Below are positions 1-14,435 of a DNA stretch of 64,000 bases, in pieces. The translations under genes and the position numbers were made by a program. Where the stretch lies: NCBI GenBank assembly GCA_003344405.1, contig NOWV01000128.1:1-64000 (forward strand), read 5' to 3'. The notes under the pieces were generated by a model. The model made no database searches. It was given only the letters and a program-made list of their open reading frames with translations, and was not told the DNA's origin. How positions within the stretch are numbered: the first letter of the stretch is position 1; each line of letters opens with the position of its first letter. This DNA comes from Trichoplax sp. H2. Taxonomy: Eukaryota.

Positions 1-1403
1 TAAGACTTCCATTCAATGCTGCAAATTCATCTTTCATTGCATGAATGAGCAAATAAAATTATGAATAAAATACTTTTGATAAATATAACACCGATTGCAT
101 GAAGAATTCGACTTTTTTCCTAGTGACTTTTTGGTTATGGGGAGATCATAAAATGGTGGAACTCGTACTTGCTCAGCTTATATCAATTCAAGCAAGATTG
201 AGTAGCTGATTTCGCCCTGAAACTTGTAGATAAATAGAAAAGAAAGGCAGCACTATTATTCTCATGATCAATTCTTCGTGGATTATGCATCTTTTAAATT
301 AAAAGGGTGTGCTATGATAATAAGCTACTTTGAATCAGTATGTAAGCGTATATATGTTACGGCCAAAACCCGAAGTCCGGCCAATACGCGTATTGCCCTA
401 ATAAGCAAGTTAATAGTAAATTATAGTAAATAGACTTTATCTTGCCAACAATTACCCTCTTGGTTTACATTTCGGAAGTTTAGGAATAATTCAGACGTAG
501 CTACATAACATAATCGTAGTTGGCTATTAATCGCTTCGAATGTCAACTGTATTACTTAATTTATTATTTCATTGATAATTTTTTATATAGTTCATATCAT
601 TCATGTGTTATCTGAAAATAAACGAGTTCTAATTGCGATTGCAAGAAGATAGTTACCAATCTCCAAGCTCCAGGTAGCTGGGCTATAAAAAAGACTATGG
701 AATAACAACAGTATTTTTCAGCAAGTAACATATTGAAATCAGTTTTAGTATTTCAAAAGACTTCGTTACAGTGCCGCCATATCAGTACTAGTGAAAAATA
801 TCTGATGCATTTAGATCTACTTGTATAGTTAAATTTCGCTGTCACATTGCCTTATTCATTTTAGAATGAAAATCTCGACGAAATCCAAGGATTATTTTTA
901 TACTGGGCTTATTCAGGTAATGAAAAAAGAATAATTAAGGCTTGAAAATACGTATCTTAATAATGCTATACGCAGGCACGTATGATCCTCACAAAACACC
1001 TATCACTGGAACTAGCGTATCCATTTGAATTTAAAATACTTACATGCTGTAAATCTATCTTATCAATTAATAAAGCTGTTTTAATTATCATAGTCCATCT
1101 ATACTCAATAATTATTGTATTTATTTCATATTCACAGTCAGAATGCGCTATTTTGGATTCAGTAATCCTATAGAGTTAATGCTATGTCTTGTTATTTATC
1201 CATTTCATAATCTGCATACATTAACAACGTATTGCAGAATATCTGATTAGGGGCTAGGTACTAATAATGCATATGCATTAATTTCACATCATGCGACATT
1301 TGAAAGTGAATAATTTTTGGGGGCTAAATTTAAAGGAAAAAGTATCAAGTGTTTACCTTGCTTCATATGGTGAACATAAGTACATTGCGTTACCTATCAT
1401 GTG

Positions 1404-2240
1404 ATGTAGTAGAAATAATAAATACTCTTTCGAACACTTCCGGGAAGGATGTAATTATTATGTATTGAACAAACATAAACTGCGCAAGACTTTCGAATTG
1501 CTTTCTGTAAATATACCTCGTGCTATAAACTTGACTGCTGGCTACATGGATAGATTCTATTCGTATAGATAGCCAAAATAGAGTAGCTAAAAGCTTAGAA
1601 AAGTAGGGCAAATGTACGTAACGAAATACTTTAATACAACGTTGGATTATTTCTAGAATTAAAATTAGTGGTAATGTAGAAAATAAAATTTTAACTTTAC
1701 ACATATCAGCAGAAGTTGTTAATTACATTATTAAACACAAAACATATTAAATAGCCCGCATGATATACTTTATCAGTTTAATTAATATTCTCTTCAAAGG
1801 ATTATAGTCGATAATTTCTGTTGATATATTAACTCCTGTATTTCAAATAAGCTCTATTTTGTAATTAAAAATTTCGGTAAAGGTAATCCTAAGGCATGTT
1901 TTTAACCACGTTGCATACGAATGACGTATTTCCAGTTAGATTTTAGTCAAATATTATATGATTTAGTAGAAATAATAAATACTCTTTCGAGCACTCCCAG
2001 CAAGGATCCGTCCGATATATTATATTTATAAAAAACCCAATAAACTTCGCAAGACGTTTGAATTGTTTTTTTGTAAATATTACTAGTGCTAGAAATTTGA
2101 CTATCAACTATATAGATACGTTTAATCGTATAGACAGTCAGTATATAGTAGTTTAATGCTTGAAGCTGACGTTAATGCCTATTTTTACAACGTTAGATTG
2201 TTTCTGGAATGCAATTAGTTGTAATGCACCAGCTTAACTT
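1404..2240. repeat. Diverged direct duplication (~1404-1700 vs ~1964-2240)
   Basis: AGTAGAAATAATAAATACTCTTTCGA.CACT occurs in both copies, followed by alignable blocks (TAAAC..CGCAAGAC.TT.GAATTG; ACAACGTT.GATT.TTTCT.GAAT). Confidence 0.75.
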
Positions 2241-2564
2241 TTAATTGCTCATTTTCCCGACTACTTTCTGACTGGAAAGTGTTACTGCGTTTTGTCCTGC
2301 AGTGTGAAAGGAGACAGAAGTAAAATTTGTTGAAAATATCAGATATTGGTATAAGCTTGGTAATCTACGTCATATTTTCTCATTTTTCTAACTGAAACTC
2401 TGCTTACGCCTCGTAGAAGTAGTAAATGTTCTCTAATCAGCTAAATGTTCTTCACCTATACCAAGTATTAGAATTATAAAATGCAAAGAAATCGCTTTAT
2501 CAGGACAATATCTAGTGCCTGTAGTTTTAATCGATGATGGTGTTGACATGATGGTAGGATCACT

Positions 2565-5500
2565 ATGGGTCTAAGCCAGCGTGTTATCGACGTTATTACT
2601 AAATATTCAACAATAATTTGTGAAGAACTTCCTCTTTTGGACATTTTAGAGGACTTAAAATGTCAATGTGGCCTATCTGATCTTGAAATTTACCTTATAA
2701 CAGCTGGTCCTACTCGAGAAGAACGAAATGATACCTTCATACAAGTGCTACAGTCTCATAATGATACCGATTTTTATCACTTTTGTCTGCTACTTCAAGA
2801 TCATCCATACCAATGGATAAATGAATTGGGAATAAATTTAGCATGTGAAGGTTGTAGCGATGATCAAATAAGTAAGTAATCTATAGTAGAGGTTAATTAT
2901 CATGATATATAAATACGCTTATACGGTGCTTTGTAATGAACGCAAACCACTGTCAAGAAAGGATTCTTCGACATATTATGCAGTAGCTAATATAATTTTT
3001 GATCTATTACGCTATTACACTATTACTTCTATTCCAATGGTCTTTAATCAAAATTGATAGGGGTAATGTAATTAGTGTATAGGCGGAATTTAGTGTTGGA
3101 GATGTATCGATGAAAGATTTGGCTATAGTATTATTTACTTTTGATATTTATAATCGTGATAAACAGACTTTAAAGTTCATTGATTATGTTTTATGCATTG
3201 AACAACGTTTCAATTGTGATCAAAGTTATTGCCTTATTGGTATCAATTAGTTAAGCTTGATTATTCTATTGATAGGCATAAATGATTCTAGGAAAGTACT
3301 ACCAGTAGCGGTAGTACACGCTAGTGATGGTATTACCCCCAAATCCTCATGTCTAATTAATTCGTTCTTTTTGAATTTAAACTCAATTCAGGCACGGAAT
3401 CTCAAGAAGTAAGAGCCAGTAGTGAAATTGATGACAGTGCTTTGGGCGCTGTTGCTTCCGGCAGAAGTTCAACCACTTCTTGTTAGTGTGTGATGGAGCT
3501 AGTATAGCTAAAACTGGCGAATATCTTCCATTGCTTAGCTACTGTATTGTAGAAATTATAAGAAATCATGATACTTGATATAAATTACCATCTTTGTATA
3601 TTAGTATTTGGTAGTCTTTTTATTATTATGCTATAGATATTTTTTAAAGTGCAACCGCTCCGTACTTTATGTCACTCAAAGTAATAGCCAAATTCAGTGA
3701 GATCTGCACCTATGACCTGCATTATGTATAGTCGAGCTATATACAGTTTGTACTGATTCTATAATAAAGCACGAAATTAAGCATTGCCTGTTCATTTTAT
3801 TATTTAAAAGGTTTAAGGGATGCAAGTCTTGAAAGTTCGAAATCAAGTAGGATTAAGTTTTCAGACTTTTTCGAAGAACTTCAAGGCATCGACTCTTATG
3901 ATGACGCAGATTTGTATGGTAAGTTGATCTTCAATTGCAATCTTTTTTGATTTCATTGCTGATACTGTACCAGGTATGTACTACAGTTTATTGGATAAAC
4001 TAGGTTTTATATAATTATGATATGAAAATTAGACGTTGTTAGTTTATCATTCAGCAGTATTCCTTCCGCAGTGTAAGCTTATGCCTTAAACTTAGTGTAA
4101 AGATGATATGTAATGCATATGCGGTGCTGGTTATTTCACTGAACAGGGTTTTATATAATTATGACATACATTAGACTTTATTAATCTATCGTTCAGCAGT
4201 GTTTCTATTCCAATGTGAATCTTATTTTCTTAAACTTAGTTTAAGAATATTACGATAATGTATAGGTAGAACTGATAATTCCGTCAACTGAGAGTAACAC
4301 TAATACAATTATTTGACATATAACACTGGCTTTTGATCTCTAGGATATATGACCGATAAATGATGCTTATGCATCTAAGGTTTATAGATAGGCCTAAGAT
4401 AGCTAAATAAATGTTGAAATAGGCTATTCTAAAACTCTTTTATTGAGTATTTAATATTGAGATTTTAGCATGACCGATACTAAAGCTTAAGTAACATACC
4501 GTGAGCAAGCAGTATAAAGCTACAAATTAAGTCTGTGTTATCCACAATATTTATGCTTTCTGTTTTACTGCTATTAAACTTAGTTGTGCGAAATTAGTTA
4601 CGTTTGATAGCAATTGTAGCAACTTTACCGACGACTTGTAGGCTATGATAGCTGTATAAGTAATATTTCCTTACTGTCAGTTTGAAGAATGATAGCAATT
4701 AATAGTTTCATCGATATTGATCAATATGAAATAACGGTACTAATTTTAGTTTATATTTATAGGCCCTAGCCAAAGCCAAGAACAGGTTGATCCCTCCTTG
4801 GTCATCGTAGATACTAGCAATGGTAACGCAAATTTTCAATATTTTAGATTTACTAGTATTTGAGAAATAGAACCAAAAAGCAACAAACGATATGAAACGT
4901 CGATTTAATATGTCGTGCTACAAATGCTAATTTATAATATATGATTATAATTATAATATATTATCGACTTGATTCTGAATTTGTTTAGGTTTAAACAGTA
5001 TTAGAAACTTAATTCTACTGTCTGAAAATCATAAAATGATTTTAGAAGACAACTATGAAAAAATTGTCGATCATTGTGCATCTATTTCTTTGCAAATATG
5101 CATAGAATTACGTACAGTAAATACCTTTAAGGAATTTGAAATGGAAACGATAGAAAATATGCCAAATGATTCTCTGTAAGATAGTTAAACTCTAGCTTTG
5201 TGGCTTTATTGTATATTGGAACACTTTGTTTAGATGTATGCACCTGTAGTGTAATACTTTCTTCTTCTTATAATGTATTCAATTCGTATTACAGGAGAAT
5301 GAGTACATTATTAGATATACTAATTGCTGGCACCAAGGATAGCTTTGATAAATTCTGTAAATGTCTGCAATGTATGAAACCGGAAGTTGCAGAGCTTCTA
5401 AGAGCTAATAATATCGAGGATGATGTACTGCAAGTCCAAAGAAGGCCGAAAGATAGTGCTGAGACAATGAAAAAGTCTCAGCTCCATAGCATTGGTAATC

Positions 5501-5601
5501 AAGAAAGTTCAGAAAGACAAAGTGAGAACAAAAGTTATGGTGAGCGAACAAGTTATAGCCGTAATAGGAATGACGAAATAGATCCTTGTATCATTTTATA
5601 G
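2565..5601 (+). CDS. Protein with two CARD-like (death-fold) domains, 6 exons, ~352 aa
   Basis: Exons 2565-2871, 3392-3481, 3811-3918, 4763-4822, 4989-5175, 5295-5601. All introns are GT-AG and phase-compatible; total 1059 nt with no internal stop. The N-terminal segment (VIDVITKYSTIICEELPLLDILEDL...PTREERNDTFIQVLQSH..DFYHFCLLL) and a second segment (HKMILEDNYEKIVDH...EMETIENMPNDSLRMSTLLDILIAGTKDSFDKFCKCLQCMKPEVAELL) follow the CARD helix pattern by eye. Confidence 0.7.
4002..4250. repeat. Two-copy diverged ~145-bp tandem duplication in intron 3 of the CARD gene
   Basis: GGTTTTATATAATTATGA...TTCAGCAGT...CTTAAACTTAGT at ~4002-4105 and again at ~4146-4250. Confidence 0.7.
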
Positions 5602-6767
5602 ATTCCTATATATCGTCGCCTCTAAAATCTAAATCCTTCTGACTAATGTAGGGTGTATTATTCACCTTGGGAACTTGATTCAACGCTGTACATATAAAAG
5701 TAATAGTAGAGTTTTATGCTAATTATTTGATATCAAGATTTTTTAATATACAATTTGCTATATGGCTGCTAATGATTAGGGAATTATTTCAAGTAATGAC
5801 GTAGATGCATTCACATGTCCTATACTATTAGTAGTAAATGTTAGCCATACTAGATCTACAAGTTTGAAATCCTAGTGGATTTTGTAGCGGCTAATAAATC
5901 TTTACCAATTGTATATAAGTCAGTGTTAAAATTTATAAAATAAATCAATAAAATAGTGCGAAGCAGAATCGATCTGCTTGGACTTTTAATAAGCTGGATT
6001 AATAACTTTTGCTAACTTATAATTTTTAACATTGCTATGTTCTGGTATTTATTGGTTAATAAATATATGCAATATATTCAGGTAAGATATTATTTATTGC
6101 ACTCTATCTAGTGGTGTTCGAGCTACAGATTAACTTCTTCTACTCAATTAGAGGAATTAAATACTGTAAAACCTGTAAAAGCTATAAAAGTAGCTTCCAT
6201 TTCGGACTGTAAGCAGTCAGAAAGTTAGCTCAGGCCGAGTGGAATTCTCATGTACAGCTCAACGGAAAATCATTAAATATTGTATGTAATGCAGCATTTA
6301 ACTTTCACTCACTCTCGATAATAAATTATCGATTTACCATAATACTGATGCATGTGACCTAATAATTCTAATAGCTATTAAAATCCGGCATACTTAATTG
6401 CATACGAGTATGCTCGTTCAATTTTTAAATTGAATTTTAAAAGCCGTTATCAGCTAAAAATTTAAATTGCGTAAAAACTTCATACGTAAAGGATATTGTA
6501 GCGCAGCCCCCAAATTAGTTCTATGTTACAACTATAAAATTGTGTAAAAATAGGTCAATTGGGTATTAGATTGTAAGATAGAAATGGATTACACTAAGTA
6601 TGAGAGAACGACCAGATTTGTATTGTGACGCTTTAATTAGAAGTAATAGTACGAATTATGAATTGATCCTACGATAAAAAACTTAAAACTGATCTTGCCA
6701 CTTAATTGGTAGGGCAGGATTATGTTGCTAAATATATCACTCTGTAATTAGATGACTATTACCGTGA

Positions 6768-7590
6768 TAATTTAGATAGTCTGATTGCAGGTAGGTAGTC
6801 TATGGTCGTTGTAAGATAAATCTAAATTTATGTCAGAAAGTGAAGAAGACAAGAAACTGTTGTTATTTTATTACTTTGAAGATAATTTATCGCATTTGGT
6901 TAAGCAAAAATTAATAATGGCCATTAAAGCCTGGCGTATGTCATTACATACGGTTGGGCTCGTCTACTTTCCCATTAAATTTTAAATAGCAACGAGTCCA
7001 CGACCACCAATAATATTGAATTGTACAAAACTTTATTAAAAATAATGTAATGTGGTCCCAACTTAGATTAAGATTATAATTATAAGATTGTACAAAAATA
7101 GATCTATTGAATGTTAGATTTAAGATAGAAATAGGTTAGGCCAAGTATGATAGCATTGTCAGATTTATATCGCGACGTTTTAATTATATCTAGATAGAGG
7201 TACAAATTGTGAATAGATCTTAAGATAGAGAATTTAAAACTGATTTTGCAACTTAATTGGTAGGATAGGATTACGATGCTAAAAATCACGCAGTAACCGA
7301 AAGTATATAGACAATGAATTTTGCTGTAATAATTTAGATAGCCTGGTTACAGCTAGATAGTTCTTAGTAGATTATTATATACGAAGAACCGAACTAAATT
7401 GATGTGTAAGTTTGTAACCAATTGCAGTTGTTCTATTATCATGAAGAGAATTTTACACATTTCGTTAAACGAAAAAATAATAATGGCCTTTAAAACCCAG
7501 CCTACGTCATAAAATACGGGTACACTTGTCAATTTTTCAATTAAATTTTAATAAACACGACCACCTATAATACTAAATCGTATAAAAGTC
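6768..7590. repeat. Diverged direct duplication (~6768-7030 vs ~7328-7590)
   Basis: Shared blocks TAATTTAGATAG, AATAATGGCC.TTAAA, ATTAAATTTTAA and CACGACCACC.ATAATA in the same order. Confidence 0.7.
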
Positions 7591-10500
7591 CATAAGCCAA
7601 TACATCACAGTAGCTTGTTCTCCACTGATTCTTTCCTACATTCTATAAGAACTCATTCTCCTGTCCTTCCGACGGCGTAGTTGTACATTGTTCGGAGTAT
7701 GATCAAACAGTTTAGTGTACATAGTATGTTCTAACTCTTCCTAATTGGATATGCAAGTAGATGAATAGCATTTCAACAACGACATTATTTAAGTGATAAT
7801 AATTAGATGTAGTAGAAAAATAATAAGCTATAGTTACTTTGATAAGCCTACTGTTTTTGCGAACGAGATGGGCAATAAAACAATTTTCTGTCCTTCTATA
7901 ATACATTTTAATTAATGATTATTTAATATAGTATAATGCAGTTATGCCTTAGAGTAAAGTAAATTAACTAGGCACATTTGCGGATGGTACCAAATTAAGA
8001 GGCGTACACTTTTACATTACGATATAGGAGTCGAAATTTAGATAATATTTAATACTGGGTTGTCATGTAAATGGATACTATTAGATGAAATAGAGACTGA
8101 AAAGAACTTTTTGACTTCCCTTAACCCGTTACGCAGTAGTAGAACTTTCTGTTCTTCTATCCAGTATTACATATGATATAGGTTTAAATCGTATTCATTA
8201 CACGTAAGGCCCAAGGCGAAGCAACTTCTGTTTCAAAATTCTTTATTCGTGGAAATAATAGATGCTGATCAAAGATTAACTATAACAGGATTATTATTAG
8301 GGAATTAAAATATGCATTTTTCTGAACATTTAGCATACAAATACTGCTTAAAATAGCATTTTTGAAAAACCTTTATGGTTGATATGATTATTCAGTCGAA
8401 GTAACTAATTAGCGATGAATGAAGCAATAGCTAAATATTAGTGAGAAATTATGTAATAATATACCATTCATTACTTGACCCCCCCCATTTTGCTGTAATT
8501 AAAATAAATATATCTTAAAAATATTCTCTATGAGTACAATAAATATTGAATTTATCGTAAATTAGTGTCTATTAAGAGGGACGTCCATCCGCATCTAAAA
8601 TACAGATATTACTCTATGCATATAGTATCTAGTATGATCAGAAACAGCTGGGGAAAAGTCTGATTATTACAAATCAGTTATCAAGTATTTTATCTTGAAT
8701 ACTTGATTTATATGCGAAATTTATTCAGTTTTGACATCTAACGGGGAATTTGGAAATTAATTAAATAACCTTTAAATTCTAGTAATTTTAATAAATAAAG
8801 AAAACATTATCGACGCAGCCCAAGTGTGGCTTCACGTAGTATCGTCACAGTTACTCAGTCCAAAATAAAAGATATAAAAGCAAATCGGGAATCATCGTTG
8901 GATGATGAATTTAACGAGCAATAGAGAAATTTACTGAAACAAATAGAATTAGCCTTTGCAAAGTATTTTGCTAAATCTATCCTATTAATGGCATACACGT
9001 ATGATATTAAAGGTAGAAGCAACAGACAAATTTTTTACTCTATTTCTAATAATTCGTTTTATTCCATAACAGTTCACACGCTGATGTTAAAAGAAATCAT
9101 AGAATCATATACTCAAAGCAGAGGACATATAGGTTATTGGCATTCTTTGGCATCAATCAAGAACTAGTCGATATCAGTCGATATGATGAAGATAGAGATT
9201 AATACAGAAAATTAATCTACTGTAATGGTGATTCGATTTTATTTGTTTTACCGACGTATTTGACAGGTTTATTTACCATTTCTCAATTTGAGTTTACTTT
9301 TATATTATCGCTTTAAACAGTCGTGGCCTTAAAATTTTATTTAATGTACAACTGATCGCTTTTTAAATTCAATTGCGGTCATTAACGTAAATAGCATATA
9401 AGTTAACGTCTTTCATTTGGAATACTCTTGCAAATTTAGTATATGGTATTGGATTGCTAGAATATCATTTAAATTACTACCTATAACAGTTGTGGATGAA
9501 TGTGCCTTAAATTTTTCGAGTTAGATTAGATATCAATGCCATATTATTTTATACCTATTTAAAATTGTATCCTAGATGATAGGCACCAGAATTTTTCAGT
9601 CTGTTTCTGAGTAGACTTATTGATAAATATATGATAAATACATACGAATGAACAGATCTAGACTTTAAAGCTATCTTAAGTATACTTAAAAATATATCCA
9701 AACTAAACGAAAGCTAATTAATTTACGGATTATTTCTCAATCTTTTTCTGTTTTTAACTCTATTCGAATCTTAGTTTATAGTAACTAACCATAGAAAACT
9801 TAGTATAGAAGACAGACTTACAAATATCGATAATTTTATTGTAAGTTACTGTATAGTTATAAAATACGAAGATTCTACAAGTAGAAGAAATCTAAATCGG
9901 AGAATAGCAGCGTAAAGTAGATATAATAGAATAAAAACTCGAAGTGAAGCCACTTTTTATTCATGAAATTGCTCTCATGAAGACTCTTTATCTCAGACTT
10001 GTAATAAATAAAGACGGATAAAAATTGCCTATTTCCAAGTCTTCCACTGTTGATTATTGCAAAAATAAATTTCTTTCAAAACATAAATGATATCGAATGA
10101 GCTGCCTTTAAATTTTACTCTATTAACTCATTCCAAACTTCTAATCGTAATATATAATATTGACTGTGATATTTCGCAAGATTATGTATTCGTCATAACA
10201 GCAATCTATTACAAGGGATAAATTAAAGAAATGATAGTCTTTTTCAGCTTTTGCTAGAGAGAAACCGTGTAAAGTTACAGCATGAATGAAAGACATAACC
10301 TGGTAAAGTAGGAGAAGCTAAGCAAGCAGAACCAATTAACGATGTAGATTCATAAAAATTACTTTTATAACGTAAAATATACAGTAAGAGTGAAAAATTT
10401 TAAGAGAGATAAGAATAATTTACTTCTATGTCGGGGTATTTCGTACGATCGAACTAGAGCCTAATTAGAATTGAATAGAATAAACCTTTTAAGTATAGAT

Positions 10501-13500
10501 CGTACTTGTATGGAATTATGCTACGTTATAGAAAAAATTGACTGGAACTAATAAAGAAATATCCGGTTAATACTATGCGATCATACTAGAACATAATAGA
10601 ATTGCACAGAGTAAATTTTTAAATACAGATTATACATGCTGTAGATAGAATAATGTCAGCATGTAGTAGAAATCGACTTGAACCAAGAAAGGAATATATC
10701 GTACATAAAATCATACATTAAAACTAATAGTGCTTTAAATAAGTACTTTGATTAAAAACAGAATTAGGTCGATAAAATTGAATACAATTTTCCATAAGAT
10801 ATTGTTATTACTGTAAATGCAAATATATGAAATATTAGATTTAGTCTCTTTTGTTAATATTCGATTGAAACTACTACTAAATTAATTATCTATATTAATA
10901 TTGGTTTTTTTACCTTGTACGTTATTGGTCATTAGAAGTGGAGAAATGTGAGAATTAATAAAGAAATCATTTAAATATTCCAATTAAAGCTATTAATTGA
11001 TAAGTGTGTTTTCCTCTTGAATTTGCTACTAATAATTACTGCGAAATAATAAACGTGCAGTGACCTAATCAGATGCCAAATTTTGATTCAATTAAAGTGA
11101 ATAATAGACAAAATTTATTTTTATTTAGATACAAAAACCATTTGTTGGATGTTACCGTAATTGATTAGGGAGTATCTTCTCTAATCATAAATCGAAAATC
11201 TGTAACTATTTTCGTATTGATAATCAATTAAAAATGGAATTGCAAATATTGATCGATAACATTATACTTTGTGTTTGCTTCTCCCTGAGAAATAAAGCAT
11301 TTATCGAAATCACATCAATATTCTGCTGCTACTATTTGGACAATTTATTTATAATTTTTGATAATCATTTAAAATTGACGAGTGCTTAATACTGCTATAT
11401 GATACACTTTACTAAAGCATTATGTAGAAGGAGCAATGTATAAATTTAACAGATTTTAGCGATTCTTCACTTGATGCACTCGTTTGTTAACTTTTTCCGA
11501 GAATTTAGAAACTATTGATAATTTATTGGAGGCGTGAATTACGCAGCTTCATGTTTATAATGGGTTCCCCTCCATACATGAATTAGCCTATAAATTTATA
11601 AATACCGAGGAAAATAACCCTTCATCCGTTACTAATCCGAAGTTACTATGATACTTTGGAAATGGAACTCTTTATGTTGCTCCAGTCTCATAGCTTATTC
11701 TTAAGAACATATTGTAGAAAGAAATATATGCGTAATATTTAAATCGTCATCAATATTTTGTCATTGCTATATTATATCTCGAGGTTGTATTATTCGCGTT
11801 AATACAAAAAAAAAGTAAGAAGTTTAGTTCATTAAATATCAGTTAACAAATAATTATTGAACTGATCTCCGATTGGACGTTGCCGTAATTTTGAATCACT
11901 TGCCTATTTCTATGATGGCTGATAAATGATCCAGCTTAGATTGAAATGAAAATTTAACCATATCCAGTAGGTCATAACCAGGAGCCAATTGAATAGCCTT
12001 CTAATGATGGGAGATATATTTATTGATGACTAGTAGGAGCCAGTCAATGAGTAAAGAGATAGACTAGCTATTATAATTATAATTACTTAGATACTGATTG
12101 GAAATTCTCAAGACAGTTAGGCATTTTGAATTAATTACTTTAGATAGATCCAGTTCAGATGTTGGAGATGCATTTCGCATATTATACGATTATCAGAAAG
12201 TTTGTTGGACAATTTCACAATTGTTGCCTTTACATATATTCCTTTATCCCAGCTGAAAAGTGTACAAAGCATATGTTAAATAATGCTTGAAATTGAAATC
12301 ATTTAGAGATTCTACTAAGAATTTATTTGATCACGGTAAAAAAGCCAAGTTAAAGAATTAAATCAGATTTCATAGTATTATATCACAAATTGAAGATCGA
12401 TTAGATAATCTCATACTATTTATTAGCATCGGTACTATTTATTAGTATATTTTTCAATTACTCCAAAAGAAGAAAGAGCTCATTATTTTGTACATTACAT
12501 CGATAGTTGAGTCAACATTCCTATTAATTTACATTAGCATATTTCATTGATTGATACGAAAGAGACTGATTGAGAAATAAATCGTGGCTATACTATACCT
12601 CTTCATAGAATCTTGAATATTATGAGTAGAGTCAAAACTGGGCCAGCATTTTAAAATTGTATATGAAAGATATTCAATATCTAATTTTTATATACTGCTA
12701 GCCAATCTAGTTTAAAATTAGACTGTATTTGACTATTGGAAATCCCTAATAATATTAATTCTCGTAGCTTGCTCATATGCCTGTCTTGGTAACAAACGAA
12801 TAAAGTTTATTCCAAATTATAATACTGCATATCCGTAAATATACTAGCCAAGCCTACATACTGTGATGTGCAAATAAGATTTCTGAAAACATCAATTGAT
12901 GTTATACTTAGCATTCACAAATTAGTCATCTAATTCATTCTTGTGAAAAGTTCTATATCATTACATTTTACTAAAATGAAATGAGATTTTTCTCTTATAT
13001 TAATAAGCTGCAGCATCGTATGCTAACAGAAATAGGTTAATAAATGTGGTATCGCTTTTCGCTTGATTATTCTTTACTTAGTGAAAATTTTGTCAACATC
13101 ATCATCGAATGTACATGACACGACCAATCTTAAATATAATTAATATTCACACATTGTTTCAGTCATTCAGCTAGCTCTTCAGTTTAGTCTTTAATACTAA
13201 GTCAAAGGCATATAAATCGCCAAGATTGCTCAAAACTAGAGACAGCTATGTCCTGAACAGACTTTATTGTCCTGATATGTAGTCTAGAAGAAGATTTGTA
13301 GATTTGACCTTGCTGTTATCTTGTCACAGAGTTAGTTTATGACAGCATAATTAAGTTTATTGTTTCTCTTTCATCCTGTTTCTAATTTTACCCTCACGTA
13401 GGCGTTATCTACTTTATTTTGATCATTGTTTATTTGGAAAGAAAAAATTTCGTTTTCAAACATATCTTAAAAAATTGTTTTGATGCAATGACAAAGAATG

Positions 13501-14435
13501 AAAAATATTCGCCCAAATTAGATCTTGTAAGGTCTTTTTAACGCAAATTAATACCAAATGAAATAAGCTTCACCCTTATAATTCGATGAACGCCGCTACT
13601 TATGTAAAAAGTGAGCTCATAATCTAATGATTTGATAAGAAAAATATCATTTTATAAGTTTGACCTTGAATGTAAGTCAAGGTAAGTGAATAATTAATTT
13701 AATTATAATCTATAAAGAAATTGTTGTCGAAAAAATTAACAATGTTCAAGTGATAAATAAGCGTAGCGACACAAATAGTTGAAACTATAATCGTCATTAT
13801 CAATAGCTGTATTATTATGACAGGAACACGTTATATTTTAATATTGACTATTGCGTACTAGCTATAATAGAGCGTTTCAAATGATTAGATAATTATTTCC
13901 TTTATAATAGATAGAATGGAACAATTTGTCCTGTTTTCAATAATTTTATTGGTGTCATAAATAATTTCATAGTATTAATGAGTATTGGAAATGATACTTA
14001 ATCTTCAATTTTTGGCTTTGTCTTACTAAATATAATAGCGGCTAGATAATTGAAAAAATTATCTAGTGGTAGAATAGACTCTTCTTGAGTTTTCAAATTT
14101 AATTGGATGTCTTTGCTTTTTAAAGTTTTTAATAATTTATGCGACCATTACACTACATTATCGGTAATTTTGGTTAGAATAATATTACAGGTAGAATATT
14201 TGAATCAAATTGATTAGCATAATTAGATCAATTATAGAATATTACTTAAATCTATGCTCACAAAGTTGGAGTGAATTAGATTTGTATAATCTAGAAAAGC
14301 AGTAAAATTAATATTGAAGTCCTTGGTAGACATTTCAGTAAATGATATCTTAATATTAAAGCAATAGAAATAAAGTATTTCGTATCCAAGTCAGTTAGAG
14401 AGAAAACATTTCATTCAGGAAGTAAAATTTTCACT

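Noticed and set aside
382-395. 14-bp palindrome CAATACGCGTATTG
   Set aside because: Isolated, with no TSD, second terminus or gene context visible.
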